Origin: Spirochaetia bacterium
Lineage (GTDB): Bacteria; Spirochaetota; Spirochaetia; CAKZLE01
Direction: 5' to 3'
DNA: 64,000 bases
NCBI GenBank assembly: GCA_963677595.1
Contig: OY782041.1
Coordinates: 4,032,001-4,096,000 of the forward strand
A program made the position numbers and the translations under genes. The notes below the pieces were generated by a model. That model was not told the origin of the DNA, ran no database searches, and saw nothing but the letters and a program-made list of their open reading frames with translations. Shown one piece after another: positions 29,128 to 38,490 of the stretch; positions within the stretch are counted from its first letter, which is position 1, and each line of letters starts with the position of its first letter.

Positions 29128-29157
29128 CCCCCCTCAAAAGGATTTCTTATGAGGGGG
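29128..29157 (+). terminator. Hairpin terminator after GRE operon
   Basis: CCCCCTCA-AAAG...CTTA-TGAGGGGG stem. Confidence 0.55.
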
Positions 29158-29390
29158 TCTGTTATATCGTCTTACATCCTCAAGAGAATAGCATCGGTAT
29201 ATAATCAAACTGTTAGATTATTCATGGAGCCAAAAACCCCTACGTTGAATCCGTTGCTTTTTTTTCTTCACAAAGAATAAGTATACCCGATGGGGTGACG
29301 ATTTAACCTAATTGGGCTAAAAATGAAAAAGCCAATCTCCCATTTATAGAATATCAGCTTTTAATTTGTATCAATTTCGTCTTATAAAGA

Positions 29391-29474
29391 TGCCGGAAAC
29401 GAGACTTGAACTCGTACAGCTTTAAGGCCGGGGGATTTTAAGTCCCCTGTGTCTACCAATTCCACCATTCCGGC
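29391..29474 (-). tRNA. tRNA-Leu (TAA)
   Basis: GCCGGAATGGTGGAATTGGTAGACAC-AGGGGA-CTTAAAA-TCCCC...GAGTTCAAGTCTC-GTTTCCGGCA; long variable arm; CCA not encoded. Confidence 0.97.
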
Positions 29475-29572
29475 TGATGTTCATACATACTACCGGTGAG
29501 ATAGGCATTGGTCAACTAGCAATGTTATTTTCTGCACTTGAAACGAAGGTGCTAATGCAGTAGGGTCAACCT

Positions 29573-30346
29573 ATGAGATTCATCGATTCACACTTCCATC
29601 TTCACCATCTCGAGAAGCGGGGGCTAAACATCCCGGCCATGATGGAGCGCCTTGCTGCTGCCGGCTTCATCGGCGGGCTCGACATCGGGGTCGACCCCGA
29701 TGATATAGCTATCCGTAAACCGTTACTTGATGCCTATCCCTTCCTGCACTACTCCGTGGGGCTCTACCCGAGCCATGCGGAGGATGAATCGGTACAGTCA
29801 CTGCTTGACGGGCTTGAAGCCTCTATTAATCGCTATGCACCCCATGCCCTCGGGGAGATCGGGCTTGACTACCACTGGGGGTTCTCCACCCCTGAGCGGC
29901 AGCAGGAGCTGTGTATCGAGCAGATCGGGATTGCCAACCGGTACAGGCTGCCGGTCCTCATCCATAACCGGGAAGCAGACTATGACATGGTCACCCTGCT
30001 GAAGGGACACCGGCCTGAGTACGGGCTGGTCATGCACTGCTACTCTGCAGAGCAGGAACTCTTCGATGAGTTCGTCTCATTGGGAGCCTATCTCTCCTTT
30101 GCCGGGAACCTCACCTACAAGAACAGTGAACACATTCGGTACGCTGCTGAACATGTCCCGCTTGAAAGGATACTCATCGAGACTGACAGCCCCTACCTTG
30201 CCCCCATACCGAAACGAGGTAAGGTCAACACGCCGGAATACATCCCCTACACCTATGAGTTCGCCGCAGGTTTGCGGAACATGGAACCTGAGGAGTTCTC
30301 CGAGATCATCTGCAATAACTATTCAGCTCTTATCCCTAACGCATGA
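29573..30346 (+). CDS. tatD: TatD-family nuclease
   Basis: IDSHFHL, GEIGLDY, IHNREA, MHCYS, ETDSPYLAP. Confidence 0.93.
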   Translation: MRFIDSHFHLHHLEKRGLNIPAMMERLAAAGFIGGLDIGVDPDDIAIRKPLLDAYPFLHYSVGLYPSHAEDESVQSLLDGLEASINRYAPHALGEIGLDYHWGFSTPERQQELCIEQIGIANRYRLPVLIHNREADYDMVTLLKGHRPEYGLVMHCYSAEQELFDEFVSLGAYLSFAGNLTYKNSEHIRYAAEHVPLERILIETDSPYLAPIPKRGKVNTPEYIPYTYEFAAGLRNMEPEEFSEIICNNYSALIPNA

Positions 30347-30890
30347 AGGAGAAACCGACCGAGAGGCCCGGGTTGATCACACCGAAAGGCACGAACCGCA
30401 GGTCAAAGTCGATCTCGGCAAAGAGCTGGGTGGGGTAGATCGTGTAGCTGAAGCCGGTCTTCCACCGGATGAGGCTGTCGTTGAGCAGCGATGAGTACCC
30501 TGCCCCGTCATTCTGCCCGTCACTGTCTGCATCGACACCGAGATTGGGACCATAATAGAAACTGGTTCCCGGGCCCATATAGACCGCCATGTCCCCGTAG
30601 TACATGGTGAGCTGCGCCAGGGCATAAGCCGATACCATCAGCAGGCTGCTGGGGTTGTTCGAGTCATAGCCCCGTGAGTTGGTCGGGAAGTACTCCACGG
30701 AGAACTCGGATCCGACCAGTCCCCGGCCCCCAATGAACCGGTAGTCGATTCCAGGATGGACCTGGAATGTACCAGTCGGGGCGATCTCCCCGGTCAAATG
30801 GGCCCCGAACGAGCTGTCAACGGCGAAGGTCATCGTGGTCGGTATCAGTATCATCAGTGCGGCAAAGCACAATATCTTCTTCATGGTCAT
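30336..30890 (-). CDS. Exported hypothetical protein (probable small beta-barrel)
   Basis: AGGAG RBS before ATG 30890, signal peptide, terminal amphipathic strand PGLSVGFSF. Confidence 0.65.
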   Translation of the reverse strand: MTMKKILCFAALMILIPTTMTFAVDSSFGAHLTGEIAPTGTFQVHPGIDYRFIGGRGLVGSEFSVEYFPTNSRGYDSNNPSSLLMVSAYALAQLTMYYGDMAVYMGPGTSFYYGPNLGVDADSDGQNDGAGYSSLLNDSLIRWKTGFSYTIYPTQLFAEIDFDLRFVPFGVINPGLSVGFSFMR

Positions 30891-30900
30891 GCAGTAACTC

Positions 30901-31809
30901 CTAGTAGGGCACGAACACCCTAGTCGATCGTATGAATTGTATCTCATCACGGGCATTTATTGAAGCACCTGGGAGCCGATCACCGATCCCTTTGTAATCG
31001 ATGCTGATACTCCCGTATAATGACTCCCTGCTGCCGGGAAGGTACTCGCCTCCCTCGATGATCGCGAGCATCCCGCCCTCTTCGAGATTCCTCACGACGT
31101 TCACCGAGTCGGCACCTCCCATGACGCAGACGATCTCCACCCCCTTCCCGGCGAGCCGTGAGACGGCGTCCTTGCCCTTCGCATCGGTGATCGAGGCTCC
31201 GTCGACCGTGATGAGCTCCGGCCGGTTCTCCAGGTCGCTGAAGAGCAGCGGGAGAAGCTCCTCAGGGGCAGCTGTGTAACCGAAGGCTGAACGGTTGTAG
31301 ATCACCCCAACCCGGTGCAGGTCCTCATAGAGGCCGTGAAGCAGCGTATCTGCATCATCCCAGCCCTCGTGGATGTCATAGACGAGGTAGATGTCGCCGT
31401 AGGAGAGGGAGAGTTCCTCGGCTTTCTGGGCTTCAGTTGCCTCCACCCAGGCCGCGAGCTTCGCGCCCTTCTCCTGGAGGCTTGCCAGTTCCCCGCTCAA
31501 GCGGTCATCCTTCTTCAGGGCGTACTCCGAGGAGAGCATCGGGGAGAGCAGGACGACCTTGGCGGTTGAACCCTGCAGCTCCCGGCTGAATGTCCCGGTC
31601 TGGTCGGCCTGGTCGTAGAGGATGGTCCTGAAGCCCTGTCCCGCACGGTCTGCACCCTCCCTGAGCTCCCCCAGGTGGTCATCGGTCAGCAGGACCTCCT
31701 CGTAATAGGGGTCCGAGATGAGCAGGATGCCAGCCTGCCCTGAACAGCCGGTAAGCAGGAGAGAGATGAGAAGGATGGCACTGGCAATGGATACAGCCCT
31801 GACATTCAT
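30901..31809 (-). CDS. Hypothetical lipoprotein
   Basis: LLLTGC lipobox; 302-aa ORF with core-like codon usage. Confidence 0.7.
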   Translation of the reverse strand: MNVRAVSIASAILLISLLLTGCSGQAGILLISDPYYEEVLLTDDHLGELREGADRAGQGFRTILYDQADQTGTFSRELQGSTAKVVLLSPMLSSEYALKKDDRLSGELASLQEKGAKLAAWVEATEAQKAEELSLSYGDIYLVYDIHEGWDDADTLLHGLYEDLHRVGVIYNRSAFGYTAAPEELLPLLFSDLENRPELITVDGASITDAKGKDAVSRLAGKGVEIVCVMGGADSVNVVRNLEEGGMLAIIEGGEYLPGSRESLYGSISIDYKGIGDRLPGASINARDEIQFIRSTRVFVPY

Positions 31810-31965
31810 ACCAGTAGTCTACCAATGGGTATCAGGGAGGTCAATACGAATTATTATTGTGCCTGAGGTGCTGATTAATATCTTCAGGCTAGCGACTTAT
31901 TGACCAAAGGGGTATAAATACAGTAGGTTCTTAGGTGAATTCAACTTTAAATCAAGGGGTAACAC

Positions 31966-32958
31966 ATGACTTCCTACAAAGAATTGGGATTGGTAAATAC
32001 CAAAGAGATGTTTGCGAAGGCAGTTGAGGGCGGGTATGCGATCCCGGCTTACAACTTCAATAACATGGAACAGCTCCAGGCTATCATCATGGCCTGTGTC
32101 GAGACAAAGTCTCCTGTCATCCTCCAGGTATCGAAAGGTGCTCGTGACTATGCGAACATCAACCTGCTGAGGAACATGGCCAAGGGCGCCGGCGAATATG
32201 CGAAGGAACTCGGCTGCGAGATCCCCATCACGCTACACCTCGACCACGGCGACAGCTTCGAGACCTGTAAGGAATGTATCGACAACGGGTTCTCATCCGT
32301 CATGATCGACGGTTCACACTTCCCCTACGAAGAGAACGTGGCACTCACCAAAAAGGTCGTAGAGTATGCGCATGCACGAGGCGTGACCGTCGAGGGCGAG
32401 CTCGGCGTGCTTGCAGGTATCGAGGATGACGTGGTTGCAGAGCACTCAACCTACACCCAGCCTGAAGAGGTCGAGGACTTCGTCTCCAAGACCGGTGTGG
32501 ACTCCCTCGCTATCTCGATCGGTACCAGCCACGGTGCCAACAAGTTCAAGCCCGAGCAGTGTACGAAGAACGAGGACGGCGTCCTGATCCCGCCCCCACT
32601 CCGATTCGACATCCTCGAAGCTATCGAGAAGAAACTCCCCGGCTTCCCAATCGTCCTCCATGGTTCATCATCAGTACCGATGGAGTACGTGAACACCATC
32701 CTGAAGTACGGCGGCAACCTCAAGGACTCCGTTGGTATCCCTGAGAGCCAGCTGAGAAAGGCAGCTGCTTCCGCAGTCTGCAAGATCAATATCGACTCTG
32801 ACGGACGGCTTGCCATGACCGCTGCTATCCGACAGCACCTTGCCGAGAAACCCGGGGACTTCGATCCCCGTAAGTACCTCGCTCCTGCAAGGGCAGAACT
32901 TAAGAAGATGTACATGCACAAGAACATCAACGTCCTGGGTTCCGCAGATAAAGCTTAA
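31966..32958 (+). CDS. fba: Class II fructose-1,6-bisphosphate aldolase
   Basis: LHLDHG, SSVMIDGS, VEGELG, GTSHG, VLHGSS, KINIDSD, FDPRKYL. Confidence 0.96.
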   Translation: MTSYKELGLVNTKEMFAKAVEGGYAIPAYNFNNMEQLQAIIMACVETKSPVILQVSKGARDYANINLLRNMAKGAGEYAKELGCEIPITLHLDHGDSFETCKECIDNGFSSVMIDGSHFPYEENVALTKKVVEYAHARGVTVEGELGVLAGIEDDVVAEHSTYTQPEEVEDFVSKTGVDSLAISIGTSHGANKFKPEQCTKNEDGVLIPPPLRFDILEAIEKKLPGFPIVLHGSSSVPMEYVNTILKYGGNLKDSVGIPESQLRKAAASAVCKINIDSDGRLAMTAAIRQHLAEKPGDFDPRKYLAPARAELKKMYMHKNINVLGSADKA

Positions 32959-32974
32959 TAGTCCTTTGAACTTC

Positions 32975-33012
32975 AAGACACCCTTTTTCCCATGAGAAAG
33001 GGTGTCTTTTTT
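32975..33012 (+). terminator. Rho-independent terminator after fba
   Basis: AAGACACCCTTT...AAAGGGTGTCTT plus T run. Confidence 0.85.
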
Positions 33013-33134
33013 GTATCCTAAAGGCCATCTGGTGACAGCAGGCCTTTGACTATCCAATTATGTCATGCTATAGTTGGAGATAACTTACTAATTATTAATA
33101 CATGAATGTCATACATGATGTATAAGGAGGTATA

Positions 33135-33665
33135 TTGGCCGCTAAAGAACAACGGATCAATAGACAGATTCGTGCACGTGAAGTCCGATTGATCGACCAG
33201 GACGGAGAGATGAGGGGTGTCGTGAACATCCGGGAAGCCCAGACCATGGCTGAAGAGGCTGGTCTTGACCTTGTCGAGGTCTCACCGAACGCCAACCCGC
33301 CCGTCTGCAAGATCCTTGACTACGGGAAGTACAAGTACGAGCAGGAGAAGAAGCTCAGGGAATCCAGGAAGAACCAGGTCCAGATCAAGCTGAAAGAGAT
33401 CAGGATGCAGCCCAAGATCGAGAAACACGACCTTGAGTTCAAGACGAAGCATATCGCACAGTTCCTCGATGAGGGGAACAAGGTAAAGGTCACCATCCGC
33501 TTCAGGGGAAGGGAGATGGCCCATACCGAACTCGGCCGAGTCGTGTTGGACAAGGTGCTGCTGCTTCTCGGGGACCAGGAGGTAGGATTCAACCTCGACC
33601 GGGCTCCGAAGATGGAAGGCAGGTTCATGTCCATGATTCTAAGTCCCATAAAAGCAAAAAAATAG
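33135..33665 (+). CDS. infC: Translation initiation factor IF-3
   Basis: [46 protein letters not shown]; non-AUG (TTG) start after AAGGAGG. Confidence 0.97.
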   Translation: MAAKEQRINRQIRAREVRLIDQDGEMRGVVNIREAQTMAEEAGLDLVEVSPNANPPVCKILDYGKYKYEQEKKLRESRKNQVQIKLKEIRMQPKIEKHDLEFKTKHIAQFLDEGNKVKVTIRFRGREMAHTELGRVVLDKVLLLLGDQEVGFNLDRAPKMEGRFMSMILSPIKAKK

Positions 33666-33724
33666 CATGATCATGCGGACAGGTATTGACAGGTTCGCGT
33701 TAATCATCTAATGATACCAAGGAT

Positions 33725-33810
33725 GCGCTCCTCCTCTTGGGAGGGGAAGCCGTCGCCATCTCGTTGAGATGTTTCTAAAGCAGACCTGGGGGGATCTTGT
33801 TCCTCAGGGA
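33725..33810 (+). promoter_or_regulatory. Structured leader upstream of rpmI (possible L20 autoregulatory leader)
   Basis: Three hairpins (33731-33746, 33757-33771, 33785-33808) in the 171-bp infC-rpmI gap; TTGACA at 33686. Confidence 0.4.
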
Positions 33811-33836
33811 GGCTATTTTTACAGAGGTGAACTTAT

Positions 33837-34037
33837 ATGCCTAAGATGAAAACAAGAAAAGCAGCTGCAAAGCGCTACAAGGTAACTGGATCTGGTAAAG
33901 TGAAGTATAAGAAGCAGGGGCTTCGACACATCCTTACCAAGAAGAGTACGAAGAGAAAGAGAAACCTGCGACATGCCGGACTCCTCAGCGAAGCAGAGAC
34001 TGAGAAAGTACGGAAGATGATGCCCTACAATTTCTAG
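33837..34037 (+). CDS. rpmI: 50S ribosomal protein L35
   Basis: [35 protein letters not shown]. Confidence 0.97.
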   Translation: MPKMKTRKAAAKRYKVTGSGKVKYKKQGLRHILTKKSTKRKRNLRHAGLLSEAETEKVRKMMPYNF

Positions 34038-34065
34038 AGTACACTTGATAAGGAGAATATGAACC

Positions 34066-34422
34066 ATGCCAAGAGCAGTTGACGGAACAAGACGAAAAGA
34101 TAGAAGGAATGATATCCTCTCCCAGGCGAAAGGATACTACGGACGACGAAGCACCAACATGAGGACAGCGAAGGACGCTGTCATCAAAGCCGGCCAGTAT
34201 GCCTATAGAGATAGACGAAGGAAGAAAAGAGATTTCCGACGATTATGGATCACCCGTATCTCTGCCGCTGTCCAGGCTGAGGGTATGAACTACTCTCAGT
34301 TCATCAACGGCCTGAAGAAAGCTGAGATCACAATCAACCGGAAGGTCCTTTCCAATATGGCAATCGAGGACAAACAGGCTTTCTCTGTTTTAGTTTCACA
34401 GGCTAAAGAGGCTCTGCAGTAG
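34066..34422 (+). CDS. rplT: 50S ribosomal protein L20
   Basis: [37 protein letters not shown]. Confidence 0.97.
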   Translation: MPRAVDGTRRKDRRNDILSQAKGYYGRRSTNMRTAKDAVIKAGQYAYRDRRRKKRDFRRLWITRISAAVQAEGMNYSQFINGLKKAEITINRKVLSNMAIEDKQAFSVLVSQAKEALQ

Positions 34423-34455
34423 AGAAAAGGATCAGAGACCTCATTGGAGTAACTC

Positions 34456-34848
34456 ATGATTACATTGGATAAAGTACAATTACTGGAAGAACGGATCAGG
34501 AAGGCAGTGGCGCTGATCAACCGCCTCAGACAGCAGAATGAGGGGTTCAAGGAACAGATCAACATCCTGAAGATGCACAACGACGAGCTGAAGGATTTTG
34601 CCAACACCTACAACAAGGACAACGAGATGATCGAGCTCGGTCTCTCGAAAGCCATGGCTTATCTTGATGATGTTGAGGGGCTCAACGACATGATGCCCGT
34701 CGAGGATTATCTCAGGAACCAGGAGTTCGCTGAGATGGACAACGCCAGTGCATCTGAGGCTGACTTCGCTGATGATGAACAATCCAATGAACCGGTAGAT
34801 GATACCGATACGATCATTAATTATGAGGATTCAGACCCTCTTATATAG
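34456..34848 (+). CDS. ZapB-like coiled-coil protein
   Basis: MITLDKVQLLEERIRKAVALINRLRQQN coiled coil with acidic tail; position between rplT and 6S RNA. Confidence 0.6.
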   Translation: MITLDKVQLLEERIRKAVALINRLRQQNEGFKEQINILKMHNDELKDFANTYNKDNEMIELGLSKAMAYLDDVEGLNDMMPVEDYLRNQEFAEMDNASASEADFADDEQSNEPVDDTDTIINYEDSDPLI

Positions 34849-34889
34849 TTGCTTCAACAGCTGTGAACCTACTGATCTTACGTAACAAC

Positions 34890-34940
34890 ATACACATATC
34901 ATAATCCTTGAAAAGGGCCTGTGATATGTGTATATTTCTT
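34890..34940 (+). terminator. Long hairpin after the rplT operon
   Basis: ATACACATATCATA...TGTGATATGTGTAT then ATTTCTT. Confidence 0.5.
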
Positions 34941-34954
34941 ATTGAAGCAAGATG

Positions 34955-35132
34955 AATTTCCTGCAGTGTGCGAGATGGGCATTAATCTCTTGGGTCAACT
35001 AACATAATCGGGATTCTGTCTTTCCTAGCTTGAATTGAGCTCTCTTCTGAGTTCAGGATAGCTGGAACAGGAAACCCACTTGAACAGAAGAAGTTCAAGA
35101 GGTATCGACTCGGACCGGCACTGCGGGTTTTT
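34955..35132 (+). ncRNA. ssrS: 6S RNA
   Basis: About 180 nt; 5' CCTGCAGTG pairs with 3' CACTGCGGG, CGAG pairs with CTCG; internal ACCCACTTG; ends in T run; downstream of zapB-like gene. Confidence 0.75.
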
Positions 35133-35151
35133 TTTGCCCGGGAACTAAAAC

Positions 35152-36261
35152 ATGTCAGAACTACAGAACGAACCATTACAGAATATCGTATATATCTCGA
35201 TCCCAGAGGATGCCAAACGGGAGATCAACGGGTTCACCCTGAACCCGAAGAAGCTGATCCCCATCGAGATCCCCGAGGACCGGGAGAAGTGGACCTTCGA
35301 GGAGCTCTCATGGGAGATGATCGTCTCAGCCATGCTGAAGATCTTCGCCTACAAGCCGGAACATGAGGACATCGAGTACTACCGGAGCTTCATCCAGGCC
35401 GTGCAGCCCAACCTCGTGGCTGAACTTACCCAGACAGGCATCATCAAGGCCGAGGCCAAGGACTTCGCCCTGGCCGAGGAGATCTTCCTCGCCCTCTGCC
35501 ACCTCGCACCCGAGGAGGAGACGACCTTCCTCAACCTGGCCTTCGCCTATGAGGAGCAGTATGATGCCCTCTTCGACGATGGAGATATGAAAGGAGCCGA
35601 GGCTGTTGCTGACAAGGCCCTGGGGACCTACCTCGAGGCTCTGGAGGCACATCCTGATTCAGTAGACGTCCACTTCTACTTCGGCTACTTCAACCTCAAG
35701 CAGAGCAACCTCTCGAAAGCCCTCGAGTACTTCGAGCTCTTCCTCGGCCTGGCAGTCGATGACGAACGGGCACCTGAGGTCCAGAACATCGTCTCCTCCA
35801 TCCGTAACCAGAACCAGGATGACGACCAGTTCACCGAAGCCTTCTCCCAGATCAAGAACGGCAATGAGCCCGAGGCGATCAGCCTCATCGATGACTTCCT
35901 CGAGCGGCATGATGACGTATGGAACGCCTGGTTCCTCAAGGGCTGGGCACACCGGAGACTCGGAGAGTATGCTGAAGGGAAATCTGCCCTCGAACATGCC
36001 CTCGAGCTGGAACAGGGGAATGTCGACATCTTCAACGAGCTTGCCATCTGCTGCATGGAGACAGGGGAGCTCGAGGGTGCACGGAAGTACCTGAACCGGG
36101 CACTGGTGATCGAGCCTGACAACGTCAAGATCGTCTCCAACCTCGGTATCCTCGAACTCAAGCGCGATGATACCGCTGCCGCCCTCCACTACTTCACCAT
36201 AGCGGCAGAGCTCGACCCTGCTGACAAGATCGCCCAGCAGTACATCAAGGCACTGAGCTGA
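35152..36261 (+). CDS. Tetratricopeptide-repeat protein
   Basis: Repeated TPR signatures (NAWFLKGWAHRRLGEY, NELAIC, SNLGIL...LDP). Confidence 0.85.
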   Translation: MSELQNEPLQNIVYISIPEDAKREINGFTLNPKKLIPIEIPEDREKWTFEELSWEMIVSAMLKIFAYKPEHEDIEYYRSFIQAVQPNLVAELTQTGIIKAEAKDFALAEEIFLALCHLAPEEETTFLNLAFAYEEQYDALFDDGDMKGAEAVADKALGTYLEALEAHPDSVDVHFYFGYFNLKQSNLSKALEYFELFLGLAVDDERAPEVQNIVSSIRNQNQDDDQFTEAFSQIKNGNEPEAISLIDDFLERHDDVWNAWFLKGWAHRRLGEYAEGKSALEHALELEQGNVDIFNELAICCMETGELEGARKYLNRALVIEPDNVKIVSNLGILELKRDDTAAALHYFTIAAELDPADKIAQQYIKALS

Positions 36262-36262
36262 C

Positions 36263-36706
36263 GTGGGTGAGCAGACCCTCCGGTCTTCCTCGCCGGAGAT
36301 GACCCTGGAGATCGGGATGACCCTCGGGAGGAACCTCTCCCCCGGGGCCGTCATCTCCCTTCGGGGCTCACTCGGCGCAGGCAAGACCATGATCGCCAAG
36401 GGGATCGCCCTGGCGCTCGGCATCACCGAGCCGATCACGAGCCCGACCTATACCCTCCTCCAGGAGTATGAAGGTACCCTTCCCCTCCACCACATGGATC
36501 TCTACCGCATCGAGAGCGTCGATGAGTTCGAGATGCTCGGGACCGAGGAGCTGCTCTACGGTGAGGGGGTGACCCTCATCGAGTGGAGCGAGACGATCGA
36601 CGAGATCCTTCCTGAGGATACCATCTACATCCGCTTGACCATCGAGGAGAATCAGGACAGAATGATACACATCAGCGGGGCATCCTATGAACATATTGGC
36701 TTTTGA
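36263..36706 (+). CDS. tsaE: t6A biosynthesis ATPase TsaE
   Basis: GSLGAGKT, SPTYTL, HMDLYR, IEWS. Confidence 0.95.
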   Translation: MGEQTLRSSSPEMTLEIGMTLGRNLSPGAVISLRGSLGAGKTMIAKGIALALGITEPITSPTYTLLQEYEGTLPLHHMDLYRIESVDEFEMLGTEELLYGEGVTLIEWSETIDEILPEDTIYIRLTIEENQDRMIHISGASYEHIGF

Positions 36707-37364
36707 CACATCAGCAGATTTTCTGAACATCGCACTGAAGACGAAGAACTCGTTCTATGAGGTCAATCATCGTATCGGCCTCAAGCACTCCGAGCACCTC
36801 CTCCCGGAGGTGGAGCACCTGCTCTCCTCCGCACGGCTCAAGGCCTCGGAACTCGACCTCATCGTCTGCACGAGGGGCCCCGGCTCCTTCACCGGCCTGA
36901 GGATCGGCTTCGCTACCGCGAAGGGACTCTCCCAGGGGGCGGATGTACCCCTGGTATCCATCTCGACCCTCGACCTCTATGCAGAGGACGCAGTCTTAGC
37001 ACATGCCGTGACCGTCCCGGTCATCGATGCGAGGAAGAAGCGGTTCTATGCCGCTGTCTACTGCGACGGCAAGAGTATCACCGAGGAGCTTGACATCGCC
37101 TCAGTCGACCTGGCGGCACAGCTTGACCCGGAGGTACCGGTCGTGCTCACCGGTCCTGATGCCCCATTGTTCCTGAAAGAGCTCGGGGAGACCCGGCTTG
37201 ATGTCTCTATCGATCCCGGCTGCCTGCGGGGACATGGGAGAAGCCTCATAGCGCTCGGATTGGCACGATTCAAGGAAGCCGGGGTTGACCCCGACGGCCA
37301 GGGCCCGGTCTACCTGCGCAAGAGTGAGGCTGAGATTGCGAGGGACAACGGGCTCATCGACTGA
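36687..37364 (+). CDS. tsaB: t6A biosynthesis protein TsaB
   Basis: ILAFDTS, HSEHLLP, GPGSFTGLRIG, DARK, PVYLR. Confidence 0.95.
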   Translation: MNILAFDTSADFLNIALKTKNSFYEVNHRIGLKHSEHLLPEVEHLLSSARLKASELDLIVCTRGPGSFTGLRIGFATAKGLSQGADVPLVSISTLDLYAEDAVLAHAVTVPVIDARKKRFYAAVYCDGKSITEELDIASVDLAAQLDPEVPVVLTGPDAPLFLKELGETRLDVSIDPGCLRGHGRSLIALGLARFKEAGVDPDGQGPVYLRKSEAEIARDNGLID

Positions 37365-37447
37365 GGGAAGAAAATACTTTACTTTTCTTTCGTTTATGAT
37401 GACATTGGTAGGGAATAACAGACATGAAGTATATGGAGGTGGTTACT

Positions 37448-38398
37448 ATGCCAGAGGGAACATTTCATAAGGACATGATTATCATAGGCGGCGGGGCGGC
37501 AGGCCTCACTGCAGCTCAATACGGGGGTCGGGCGAACCTCGACACCCTCATCATCGAGGAGATGGCTCCCGGCGGGCAAGCCCTCATCATCGACGACCTG
37601 GAGAACTACCCGGGCTTCCCCGAGAAGATCAGCGGGTTCGAGCTCGCACAGAAGCTCACCGTCCAGGCTGAGAACTTCGGAGCCCAGATCCTGGCAGCGA
37701 CCGTGAACGGGATATCCAAGGAGGGAGACCTCTTCACTGTAGTCACCAGCAAGGGGATCTATACCACCAACGCCGTCATCCTCGCTACCGGTGCGAAGCA
37801 CCGGAAACTCGGGATCACGGGGGAAGAGGAGTACTCGGGCCGCGGCGTCTCCTACTGCGCGACCTGTGACGGCCCCTTCTTCCGGAACAAGAAGATGCTC
37901 GTGGTAGGGGGCGGTGATGCAGCCTGTGACGAGGCGCTCTACCTCTCGAAGCTCACTGATGAGCTCGTGATGATCCACCGGCGGGACCGGTTCAGGGCCC
38001 AGAAGTCTTTGGCTGACCGGATACTGAACCATGAGAAGATCGATGTACGGCTCAGCCATGAGCTGAAGGAGATCAAGGGAGACGGGAAGAAGATCACCTC
38101 CGTCGTCTTCTACGACAAGGAACAGGACCAGGAGTACGAGGAAGCCTTCGATGCCGTCTTCATCTTCGTCGGGTCCATCCCCCAGACAGCCCTCGCGGGT
38201 GAGGAGGTCGAGAAAGACGAGACCGGCTACATCATCACCGACCAGGAGATGTGCTCATCCCTCAAGGGATTCTATGCCGTGGGCGATGTCCGGGCGACCC
38301 CATTCAGGCAGCTGATCGTGGCTGCTGGAGAGGGAGCGGTAGCCAGCCACTGTGCGGCTCATTACATCGACGAACTGCACGGTCAGGCCTATAAATAA
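37448..38398 (+). CDS. trxB: Thioredoxin reductase
   Basis: IIGGGAAGL, ENYPGF, GVSYCATCDG, GGGDAA, HRRDRFRA; ATG 37448 after GGAGG. Confidence 0.95.
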   Translation: MPEGTFHKDMIIIGGGAAGLTAAQYGGRANLDTLIIEEMAPGGQALIIDDLENYPGFPEKISGFELAQKLTVQAENFGAQILAATVNGISKEGDLFTVVTSKGIYTTNAVILATGAKHRKLGITGEEEYSGRGVSYCATCDGPFFRNKKMLVVGGGDAACDEALYLSKLTDELVMIHRRDRFRAQKSLADRILNHEKIDVRLSHELKEIKGDGKKITSVVFYDKEQDQEYEEAFDAVFIFVGSIPQTALAGEEVEKDETGYIITDQEMCSSLKGFYAVGDVRATPFRQLIVAAGEGAVASHCAAHYIDELHGQAYK

Positions 38399-38420
38399 CT
38401 AATTATTAACAGGAAATTCA

Positions 38421-38450
38421 GACGGGACAGCGTTTGCACTGTCCCGTTTT
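38421..38450 (+). terminator. Rho-independent terminator after trxB
   Basis: GACGGGACAG...CTGTCCCGTT plus TT. Confidence 0.75.
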
Positions 38451-38490
38451 AACTTGACGTCTTTATTGATACATGGTCTAATCATAGTAT

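Larger units (their letters stand above)
2100..29390. other. Accessory/island-like region abutting the 3' end of tRNA-Leu (left boundary approximate)
   Basis: Visibly AT-richer than the flanks. Contains catabolic modules, a TA system, an IS and pseudogenes. No integrase or att duplication was found. Confidence 0.55.
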
